NCBI GenBank assembly: GCA_965203555.1
Contig: CBDBCY010000004.1
Span: forward strand, 1,057,554 to 1,121,553
Direction: 5' to 3'
DNA length: 64,000 nt
Source of the DNA: Acidimicrobiia bacterium
GTDB lineage: Bacteria > Actinomycetota > Acidimicrobiia > Spongiisociales > ZC4RG35
Shown here: piece by piece, positions 7,704 to 15,659 of the stretch
How the letters are laid out: every line of letters begins with the position of its first letter
Position numbering within the stretch: position 1 is the first letter of the stretch
The notes under the pieces: model-generated
What the model was told of the DNA's origin: nothing
The model's input: only the letters and a program-made list of their open reading frames with translations
Databases searched by the model: none
Position numbers and translations under genes: made by a program

Positions 7704-10205
7704 ATGGACTTCCCCACCAGCGCCCATGTAATAGTGATTGGAGCAGGTATTGCAGGTAACTCGGTGGTAGGGCACCTTGCCGAAATGGGCTGGAGGAACA
7801 TTGTTCAAATCGACAAGGGACCTCTTCCCAATCCCGGAGGCTCCACCGGGCACGCCTCCAACTTCTGTTTCCCGGTCGATCACTCCAAGGAGATGACCCT
7901 GCTGACCCTGGATTCCACCAGGCAGTACGATGAGATGGGCGTGATGGTGGTTTCGGGGGGAATCGAGGTGGCCCGCACCCCCGAACGCATGGAGGAACTG
8001 CGTCGCCGCATGACCTCCGCCACGGCCTGGGGAGTCGAGTCGTATCTCATTTCCCCCGACGAAGTGCTCGAACTGGTGCCTTTTATAGACCGCGACGTCA
8101 TTACGGGCGGGTTCTACAGTCCCGGGGTGACGGTGGTCGACTCGCTGCGGGCGGGCACCATCATGCGCGAACGGGCCCAGGCCCTCGACGCCCTCACCGT
8201 GCTGCCCAACACCGAGATTCTGGACATGGAGGTGCGCAACGGCGCCATCCACGCCGTCATAACCGACCGCGGGCGGATAGAAACCGACTATGTGGTGATC
8301 GCATGCGGAGTGTGGAGTCCCCGCATCGCCGCAATGGCGGGGGCCACCATCCCGCTCACACCCGCCGTCCATCAAATGATCGACGTGGGCCCCATCCCGA
8401 TTCTGCAGGAGACTCGTTCGGAGATCGGGTATCCCATCGTTCGCGACATGGACACCTACATGTACGAGCGGCAGACGGCCGGGTCCATGGAGGTCGGCTC
8501 CTATGCCCACCGGCCGATCTTTCACCACCCCGATGACATTCCTTCCCTGGGGGAATCGCTGCTCTCCCCCACCGAGCTTCCCTTCACGGACGAGGACTTC
8601 GACCTGCAGATGGAACATGCCTTGGAATTGATGCCCGAGATCCTCTCGGAGGCCGAGATCCGCTACGCCATCAACGGCCTGCTGTCCCTCACCCCCGACG
8701 CCATGCCTCTTCTCGGAGAGACGGTGGAGGTGAAGAACCTCTGGTCGGCGGCGGCGGTGTGGATCAAGGAAGGCCCGGGGGTGGGAAAGATGGTGGCCCA
8801 GTGGATGACCCAGGGATATCCCGAAATCGATCCACACTCGTCCGACATAGCCCGGTTCTACCGGTTCGCCCGCACCGAGCACCACATCCATGCCCGCTGC
8901 TCGGAGCACTTCAACAAGACCTACGGCATCGTGCACCCCCGGGAGCAGTGGGAGTCCAACCGCAGAGTCCGCACCGTTCCCGCCTACCCGCGGCAGGTCG
9001 AATTGGGCGCCGTGTTCTACGAGGTGGGCGGATGGGAAAGACCCCAGTGGTACGAAGTCAACGCTCCGTTGGTGGAAAAGTACGGGGTCCGGGGGCGCGA
9101 CCACGAGTGGGACGCCCGCTGGTGGTCGCCCGTCATCAACGCCGAACATCTGGCCATGCGGGAGAACGTGGGGATGGTGGACCTCACCGCCTTCGCCATC
9201 TTCGACGTCACCGGACCCGGCGTGGTGGACTACATTCAGAAAATGGCCGTCAACCAGTGCGACGTAGCCGTGGGAAGGGCCGTCTACACCCCGCTCCTCA
9301 CGGAGACGGGGGGCTTTCGCGCCGACCTCACCATCCTCCGACTCGCCAAGCTGCACTATCGGGTGATCAGCGGCGGGGGCGACGGCGCCCGGGACCGCTA
9401 CTGGTTCCGCAAACATCTGCCCGAAGACGGGTCGGTCACTTTCGTGGACAACACCTCGGCCGTCTCCACGGTCGGTCTGTGGGGCCCGAATGCTCGCCGG
9501 GTAATAGAGAGCCTCACAGCCGACGACGTTTCAAACGAAGGATTCCCGTACGGATCGGTCAAAGAGGTCGACCTGCAGGGCATCGATGCCCTGATGTTCC
9601 GCATCTCCTATGTGGGGGAACTCGGATGGGAGATTTCGGTACCCATGGAACAGGGACTCCGCTTGTGGGACATGCTGTGGGAAGCCGGCCAGGACTGGGG
9701 AGTGGTGCCGGTGGGCATCGGAGTGTACGGGACCACCGGGCGGCTCGAGAAGGGATACCGGCTGATGGGGGCCGAGTTGGAGTCGGAGTACAACCCGGTG
9801 GAAGCCGGGCTTGCCCGGCCCAAGGTGAAGAAAGCCGACTTCATCGGCAAGGGTCCCTACCTTGCAGCCCGCCGGGAGGATCCGGCCACAATCCTTTGCA
9901 CGCTAACGGTCGAGGACCACACCTCGGCGTCGGGGATCGAACGGTACATGGGAGGCAACGAGCCGATCCTCACCCCCGACGGCGAGCGCATCACCGACAG
10001 TCACGGCCGTGCATCCTATGTCACCACCGCCGGCAACGGCCCTTCGGTGGGCAAGTACCTGCTGCTGGCATACCTGCCCCCGGCCCACGCGGTGGTCGGC
10101 CGGGAGTTGGCGGTTATGTACATGAACGAGTTGTACCCGGTGAAGGTGGCGGTGGCGGGCAGCACCCCGCTGTTCGATCCGCAGAACGCCCGGATGAAGT
10201 GCTGA
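7704..10205 (+). CDS. Dimethylglycine/sarcosine dehydrogenase family (FAD oxidoreductase plus GcvT-like folate-binding aminomethyltransferase domain)
   Basis: N-terminus VIVIGAGIAGNSVVGHLAE is a GxGxxG FAD site. The C-terminal half (…GELGWEISVPMEQGLRLWD…) is a glycine-cleavage-T-like fold. AGGGAG RBS 7 nt upstream. TGA stop is 1 nt from etfB's ATG. Confidence 0.9.
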   Translation: MDFPTSAHVIVIGAGIAGNSVVGHLAEMGWRNIVQIDKGPLPNPGGSTGHASNFCFPVDHSKEMTLLTLDSTRQYDEMGVMVVSGGIEVARTPERMEELRRRMTSATAWGVESYLISPDEVLELVPFIDRDVITGGFYSPGVTVVDSLRAGTIMRERAQALDALTVLPNTEILDMEVRNGAIHAVITDRGRIETDYVVIACGVWSPRIAAMAGATIPLTPAVHQMIDVGPIPILQETRSEIGYPIVRDMDTYMYERQTAGSMEVGSYAHRPIFHHPDDIPSLGESLLSPTELPFTDEDFDLQMEHALELMPEILSEAEIRYAINGLLSLTPDAMPLLGETVEVKNLWSAAAVWIKEGPGVGKMVAQWMTQGYPEIDPHSSDIARFYRFARTEHHIHARCSEHFNKTYGIVHPREQWESNRRVRTVPAYPRQVELGAVFYEVGGWERPQWYEVNAPLVEKYGVRGRDHEWDARWWSPVINAEHLAMRENVGMVDLTAFAIFDVTGPGVVDYIQKMAVNQCDVAVGRAVYTPLLTETGGFRADLTILRLAKLHYRVISGGGDGARDRYWFRKHLPEDGSVTFVDNTSAVSTVGLWGPNARRVIESLTADDVSNEGFPYGSVKEVDLQGIDALMFRISYVGELGWEISVPMEQGLRLWDMLWEAGQDWGVVPVGIGVYGTTGRLEKGYRLMGAELESEYNPVEAGLARPKVKKADFIGKGPYLAARREDPATILCTLTVEDHTSASGIERYMGGNEPILTPDGERITDSHGRASYVTTAGNGPSVGKYLLLAYLPPAHAVVGRELAVMYMNELYPVKVAVAGSTPLFDPQNARMKC

Positions 10206-10206
10206 G

Positions 10207-10968
10207 ATGAATATCCTGGTCTGTGTCAAGAGAGTGCCCGCCCCCGGGGCTCGGATCGTCCTGACCGACGACGCCCAGCAAATCGACACCCGGCATCTGG
10301 GTTTCACCACCAGCCCTCACGAAGAGTGCGCGGTGGAAGCCGCTGTCCAATTGAAGGAGAGGCACGGGGGGACCACCACCGTTCTCACCCTGGGACCGTC
10401 CGAAGCGACCGAACAACTACGCTATTCCGTCTCGGTCGGGGCCGACCGGGTGGTGCTGGTACCCGCCGACACCACCGAGTTGGACCCGCAGGCCACCGCC
10501 TCGGCCCTGGTGGACGCGATAGCGGAACTGGAGGCCGAGTCTGCATTCGACCTGGTCCTGTTCGGCAACGAGTCGGCGGATTCGGGAGGGTACCAGGTGG
10601 GTATCAGGGTGGCCCGCGCCCTGGGCCGTCCCGTCATCAGCGGATTGAAGGGGATCGAAATAGACGGTGACCACATGGTGGGAAGAAGGGAGACCGATGA
10701 GGGATTCGAGGTCTACCGTCTACCCCTCCCGGCCGTGGCGACCGCCAAGGAGGGAATAACCCTCCCCCGCTATCCCACCCTGCCGGGCCGTCTGAAGTCC
10801 CGAAGGGCGCAGATCGCCGAGGTGACGGTTGATTTCTCACCGGGAGGCCAGGAGATGGTCCACCTGTTGAAACCGGTGGAAGAGGTCACCGAGACAATCA
10901 TATTGGGTCATGGAGCGGACGCCGCCCCCCGGGTGGTGCGACTGTTGGAGGAGGTGGGTTTGCTATGA
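10207..10968 (+). CDS. etfB: Electron transfer flavoprotein beta subunit
   Basis: MNILVCVKRVPAPGARIVLTDD…LVLFGNESADSGGYQVG… is a typical EtfB. Overlaps etfA by ATGA. Confidence 0.9.
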   Translation: MNILVCVKRVPAPGARIVLTDDAQQIDTRHLGFTTSPHEECAVEAAVQLKERHGGTTTVLTLGPSEATEQLRYSVSVGADRVVLVPADTTELDPQATASALVDAIAELEAESAFDLVLFGNESADSGGYQVGIRVARALGRPVISGLKGIEIDGDHMVGRRETDEGFEVYRLPLPAVATAKEGITLPRYPTLPGRLKSRRAQIAEVTVDFSPGGQEMVHLLKPVEEVTETIILGHGADAAPRVVRLLEEVGLL

Positions 10969-11942
10969 GCCTCATCCTGGTTTTCCTGGACAATGACCGT
11001 GGTTCCCTGTCCCCCTCGGGGCCCGAGTCGCTCACACCCGCCCTCGAACTGGCCGCCGCCCTGGGCGCCCGGTTGGAGACGGCCACCGTCGGCGAAGCGG
11101 GCCGCGCCGCCCTGGAACAGTTGGGCCTGCCCGGACACGTCGTCTCCCACCCCGTCCTGTCGGACTACGCCCCCGAGGCCTACGGCGAGGCCCTTGCCCA
11201 GTTGGCGAACCACGCCGGGGCCTCGGTGCTGATGGCCCTGGGCGACGATCGGGGCGCCGAGGTAATGGCTCACGTCGCCGCCGTCCTGGAGGAGCCCCTG
11301 GTCGCCAACGTCACCGAGATCGTGGACGTTTCGCAGGGAACGGCGGGCGCCTGGGAGATGGTCCGGGTGAGGTGGGGAGGAAGTCTCCTCGAAAGAGCCC
11401 GACTGCAATCATCCCGAAAACTGCTGACCGTCGCTCCTCACACCTTCGCCCCGCCCGAGTCGGCCATGGGCGTTTCGACGGCGGCGAACACCTTCGTGCC
11501 GGACATACCGGACCATCTCGCCCGCACCCGGGTGGTGGAAAGAGTCCGCCTGGCGGAAGGGCTGACCCTCGCCACCGCGCCGGTGGTCGTCAGCGGGGGA
11601 AGAGGCGTGGGCAGCGCCGAAAACTTCGCCATTTTGGAGGAGTTGGCCGACTTGGTGGGCGGAGTGGTGGGGTGCTCGCGGGTCGCCACCAACAACGGAT
11701 GGAGGCCCCACTCCGATCAGGTGGGACAGACCGGCACCCGTATCGCTCCCGACCTCTACATCGCCTGCGGAATCTCCGGCGCCGTGCAGCACTGGGTCGG
11801 ATGCATGGCGTCGAAGCAGATACTGGCTATCAACACCGATCCCGAGGCGCCCCTGGTCACCAAGGCTGACTACGCCGTCATCGGAGACCTCCACGAGGTC
11901 CTGGCGGCGATCATCGCCGAAATCAGGACCCGAATCTCATAG
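10965..11942 (+). CDS. etfA: Electron transfer flavoprotein alpha subunit
   Basis: …VVVSGGRGVGSAENF…PDLYIACGISGAVQHWVGCMASKQILAINTDPEAPLVTKADYAVIGDL… carries the EtfA FAD-binding C-terminal signature. Confidence 0.9.
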   Translation: MSLILVFLDNDRGSLSPSGPESLTPALELAAALGARLETATVGEAGRAALEQLGLPGHVVSHPVLSDYAPEAYGEALAQLANHAGASVLMALGDDRGAEVMAHVAAVLEEPLVANVTEIVDVSQGTAGAWEMVRVRWGGSLLERARLQSSRKLLTVAPHTFAPPESAMGVSTAANTFVPDIPDHLARTRVVERVRLAEGLTLATAPVVVSGGRGVGSAENFAILEELADLVGGVVGCSRVATNNGWRPHSDQVGQTGTRIAPDLYIACGISGAVQHWVGCMASKQILAINTDPEAPLVTKADYAVIGDLHEVLAAIIAEIRTRIS

Positions 11943-12034
11943 GCGAGGCAACTGAACGGCTCGCAGTGCCCGAATCGAGCCGACGAAATTCCACCAGCCG
12001 GAACTATTTAGTTCTGGCCTTTCCAACCTCTACA

Positions 12035-12051
12035 GTTAACAGTCTGTTAAC
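12035..12051. promoter_or_regulatory. Perfect 17-bp palindrome GTTAACAGtCTGTTAAC upstream of proV (candidate operator)
   Basis: 8-bp perfect inverted arms with a 1-nt spacer, in an AT-richer stretch ~130 bp upstream of the proV GTG start. Confidence 0.3.
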
Positions 12052-12183
12052 TTAAGAGAGCAATATGAGCGAAACGACAAACAGCAGACATGAGCGCCAC
12101 GTATCCGCGTTTGGGGTCGCCACCGGAACCGGGCGCCTCGGTTCCACTGTGCGGGCCGCCAGGCCGCCGGCGGGAGGAGCATT

Positions 12184-13407
12184 GTGACCGCCGACGGCGA
12201 CGGGCTGATACGCTTGGAGAACATCTACAAGATCTTCGGACCCCAGCCACAGGGAAGGGCATTCGAACTCACCAAGTCAGGACTCAGCAAGGATGAGGTC
12301 CTGCGGCACTCGGGTCATGTGGTAGGCCTCAACAACGTCAATTTCTCGGTCAACAAAGGTGAGATTTTCGTGGTCATGGGCCTGTCCGGATCCGGCAAAT
12401 CCACCGCGCTCCGCACTGTCAACAAGCTCCTGACCGCCACCCACGGGCAGGTTTGGGTGGCGGGAACGGACGTGCAGACCCTGGACGGCAACGAGTTGCA
12501 GGCCTTCCGGCGAGAGAAAATGGGCATGGTGTTCCAGCATTTCGCCCTGTTCCCTCACCGGTCGGTGATCGAGAACGTGGGGTACGGGCTCAAGATACAG
12601 AAAATGTCGAGGAGTGCGCGGAATGCCGCCGCCATGAAGGCCCTGTCCCTGGTGGGGCTGAAGGACTACGCGAAATACTATCCCAAGAATTTGTCGGGTG
12701 GAATGCAGCAGCGGGTGGGTCTGGCCCGGGCGCTGGCGTCCGACCCCGACATCCTCCTGATGGACGAGGCGTTCTCCGCCCTCGACCCCCTGATTCGACG
12801 CCAGATGCAGGACGAGATGATGGAGATACAGAACGCCCTTCGCAAGACCATCTTGTTCATAACCCACGATCTGAACGAGGCGTTGCGCATCGGCGACCGG
12901 GTGTGCATCATGAAAGACGGGGCGGTGGTGCAGATCGGGACTCCCGAGGAGATTCTCACCAAACCGGCCACCGGCTATGTCGCCGAATTCGTCCAGGACG
13001 TCGACCAGGGCAGAGTCATCAAGGTCGACGACGTGATGAGCACACCGAAACCCATAAAGCTGAGCATGTCCCTGTCGGCGGCCATCACCCACCTGGGCGA
13101 GCGGGCCGGAGCGTTCGTCGTGGACGATCGAGGACACCCCACCCATCTGCTGACCATCGGAGACGGGATGCGGACCGCCGGCATGGGCACCAAAAACCTG
13201 AAAGCGGCGCTGCGCCAGGACTTCGACACCGTCCCGTCGGAGACTCATCTGAACGATGTCTACGCGGCGGCGGGCCGGGGGTTGCCCATTGCGGTGGTCG
13301 ACGAGGCCGACGCCTTGATCGGCAACCTCGATCCCCGCAAGATAATGGAGGAGATGGGCAGAGTGGAACGTCTGATCGATGACTACGAGCGAGAGGTGTT
13401 CATGTGA
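12184..13407 (+). CDS. proV: Glycine betaine/proline ABC transporter ATP-binding protein with C-terminal CBS domains (ProV/OpuAA)
   Basis: Walker A GLSGSGKST, LSGGMQQRVGLARAL signature, Walker B ILLMDEAFSALD, and a CBS-pair-like tail. GTG start preceded by GGGAGGAG. Its stop overlaps the proW start (GTGA). Confidence 0.9.
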   Translation: MTADGDGLIRLENIYKIFGPQPQGRAFELTKSGLSKDEVLRHSGHVVGLNNVNFSVNKGEIFVVMGLSGSGKSTALRTVNKLLTATHGQVWVAGTDVQTLDGNELQAFRREKMGMVFQHFALFPHRSVIENVGYGLKIQKMSRSARNAAAMKALSLVGLKDYAKYYPKNLSGGMQQRVGLARALASDPDILLMDEAFSALDPLIRRQMQDEMMEIQNALRKTILFITHDLNEALRIGDRVCIMKDGAVVQIGTPEEILTKPATGYVAEFVQDVDQGRVIKVDDVMSTPKPIKLSMSLSAAITHLGERAGAFVVDDRGHPTHLLTIGDGMRTAGMGTKNLKAALRQDFDTVPSETHLNDVYAAAGRGLPIAVVDEADALIGNLDPRKIMEEMGRVERLIDDYEREVFM

Positions 13408-15524
13408 AGTATTTAGGACCGATCCTCGCCCAGGCCGAAGGGGCGGAGGAGCCCCTGCGATTCTGGGACAACGCGGTGCTCGACTCGTGGGAGATCCCCT
13501 TCGGTTCCTGGATTGACGAGATGGTGGCTTGGGTGGTCGCCAACCTCGAGACCCTGCTGGACGTCATCAAATGGCCCTTCGCGTTCCTGTTCCGCAACTT
13601 CGTCATCAGTCCCGAATACCATCCCTGGTGGGAGTTGACGGACATGTCCTGGGTCCTGGTCTGCGGCATAGTGCTGGTGGTCGGGACACTGGTCCGCAAC
13701 CTGAAGGTGGGAGTGGGCCTGGCCTTGATGCTGGCCCTCTGCGGGCTGCTGGGCAACGAGTTCTGGGAGGAGACCGTCCTCACCATCGGCCTGGTGGTGG
13801 TCTCGGTGGTGATCTGCGCCGTGATCGGCATTCCCCTGGGGGTACTCTGCGGCCGCGTGGACGGAGTGTGGAACGCGGTGCGGCCGGTCCTCGACGCCAT
13901 GCAGGTGGTGCACTCCTTCGTCTACATCATTCCGTTCATCTTCTTCTTCGGGCTGGGACCGGAACCGGCCACCATGGTGACCATGGTGTTCGCCATACCC
14001 CCCTTGATACGGCTCACCAACCTGGGAATCCGCCAGGTCCCCGGCGATGTGGTGGAGGCGAGCCGCGCCTACGGCGCCACCGAGTGGCGGGTGTTGATCG
14101 ACGTGCAACTCCCGCTGGCCCGCCCCGCCATCATGACCGGGCTCAACCAGACCCTGCTGCTTTCCATATCGATGATCGGCATCGCCGCCATCATGGGCGC
14201 CAGCGGGCTGGGGCTTCTGGTGTTCCGGGCGGTCGTCAACGTCGACACTCCCCTCTCGGCCTCGGCAGGGCTGGCCCTCTTCATAGTGGCGGTGGTGCTG
14301 GACCGCATCTCCCAGACCCAGTCCGACGAGGGCGCCAATCTGATAACCCGTATCTACCGGGCCTGGGCTCATCGGCGCGACCCCGAACTGCTGCTGGATG
14401 ACAGCCAGGTCTCCTCGGTGCAGGCCGAGACTCCCGCTCCGGAAGGCACTCCGGCGCTGGTGGCGCCCAGGGAGCGCACCGGCGTGCTGATCGCTCTGGC
14501 CGGTTCGACGCTGGCGGCGATTTCGGTGTTCCTGCCCTGGGGAGAGAACTCGGGCCTTATCTCCGGATATAGCCGCGCCGCCGACTTGGATCTGGCCGGT
14601 TCGAGTTTCAACGGTCTGTCGGCCGCCGGGGGCAGCTACTACGGCTTGGCCGTGCTGGGAATGAGTCTGCTGGTGATTGGTTCGGCGGTGACCACCCTCA
14701 CCCGTCCCGGCAGGATAGCCCGCTGGTTCGGCGCCGACGGCGCCCTCATGTTCGCGGCGGGAAGCGTGATGGCCGCCCTCACCTATCTGTGGATAGACCC
14801 GTCGGCAGAGGCCGCCGCCTATGGGGACGGCATCGGAGTCTGGCTGGCGGTGGCAGGTGGGATCATCAGCATCCTGGGAGCGGTGATGTGGATCGGAGGC
14901 GCGCCTTACAGCCCGCTTCGCCCGCTGAAAGCCACCGTCTCTGTCAGCCGCATCGTCATTTCGGTAGCCGTAGTCGGCATGCTGGCGGTGGCGGGCCTGT
15001 CCTCCTGGTCGGTGGACTCGAGAGCGGAAGCGGTGATCACCCCCGAATTGCAGGCCGAGATCGATCGACTGGAGAAAGAAGCCCGAGAAGACCCGGCACA
15101 GGCAGGACTCAACGCTATCAGTATCGCCACCCTGGTCGCCGAGGCGCAGCGAAAGAACCCTGTGATCGTCGACGGGTACACCGGTCCTCGCCTGGGACAA
15201 CTGGCTCTGTGGCTGGGAGTGGTCGGAATCCTGGTCGGCCTTCCGGCCGCCGGCGCATTCGGGAGCAATGAACGGAGGCGCTGGGTGTGGAGCGTGGGAG
15301 TCGCGGCTCTCGGAGTGGGCATCATGGTGGCGTCGGGGGGGTGGATCGCCTCCCTGGTTCGTGCTTCCGATGCCAATTTCGTCAGCGGTCCCGGTGCATT
15401 TCTGTGCTTGCTGGCCGGATTCCTCCTGTTCATCTCCCCGCGCAGCGTTCTGAGAGAGTTCCGGCGCACCAAGGTATTCGCCGGAGACAAGGGACTGATG
15501 GATAAGGCGGAGAGTCCAGCATAG
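13404..15524 (+). CDS. proW: Glycine betaine ABC permease (ProW/OpuAB) with ~400-aa C-terminal multi-TM extension
   Basis: The first ~300 aa are a canonical ProW-type permease (…YIIPFIFFFGLGPEPATMVTMVFAIPPLIRLTNLGIRQVP…). A further ~400 aa of hydrophobic helices plus a coiled segment (ITPELQAEIDRLEKEARED) follow in the same frame with the same codon bias. Confidence 0.85.
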   Translation: MKYLGPILAQAEGAEEPLRFWDNAVLDSWEIPFGSWIDEMVAWVVANLETLLDVIKWPFAFLFRNFVISPEYHPWWELTDMSWVLVCGIVLVVGTLVRNLKVGVGLALMLALCGLLGNEFWEETVLTIGLVVVSVVICAVIGIPLGVLCGRVDGVWNAVRPVLDAMQVVHSFVYIIPFIFFFGLGPEPATMVTMVFAIPPLIRLTNLGIRQVPGDVVEASRAYGATEWRVLIDVQLPLARPAIMTGLNQTLLLSISMIGIAAIMGASGLGLLVFRAVVNVDTPLSASAGLALFIVAVVLDRISQTQSDEGANLITRIYRAWAHRRDPELLLDDSQVSSVQAETPAPEGTPALVAPRERTGVLIALAGSTLAAISVFLPWGENSGLISGYSRAADLDLAGSSFNGLSAAGGSYYGLAVLGMSLLVIGSAVTTLTRPGRIARWFGADGALMFAAGSVMAALTYLWIDPSAEAAAYGDGIGVWLAVAGGIISILGAVMWIGGAPYSPLRPLKATVSVSRIVISVAVVGMLAVAGLSSWSVDSRAEAVITPELQAEIDRLEKEAREDPAQAGLNAISIATLVAEAQRKNPVIVDGYTGPRLGQLALWLGVVGILVGLPAAGAFGSNERRRWVWSVGVAALGVGIMVASGGWIASLVRASDANFVSGPGAFLCLLAGFLLFISPRSVLREFRRTKVFAGDKGLMDKAESPA

Positions 15525-15659
15525 GACGGGGTGAAGGCCGGACCTTGATCGACAGACGCAGACCCGACACACAAGCATATGAGAGGACATTTGAAACAAA
15601 CCAGGCATAGGAAAACAACCCAGGCATGGGATTGAAGAAAGATCCCAGAAGGAGAAAAC

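Noticed and set aside
7602-9416. 604-aa minus-strand ORF and 483-aa plus-strand ORF (8759..10210) overlapping the DMG-dehydrogenase-family gene
   Set aside because: These are antisense and alternate-frame artefacts of the 833-aa DMGDH-family gene. They have no motifs and a Gly/Arg/Pro-rich composition.
12277-13382. ORFs 12277..13248(-) and 12453..13382(+) overlapping proV
   Set aside because: Alternate-frame or antisense to the ABC ATPase, which has canonical Walker motifs in its own frame.
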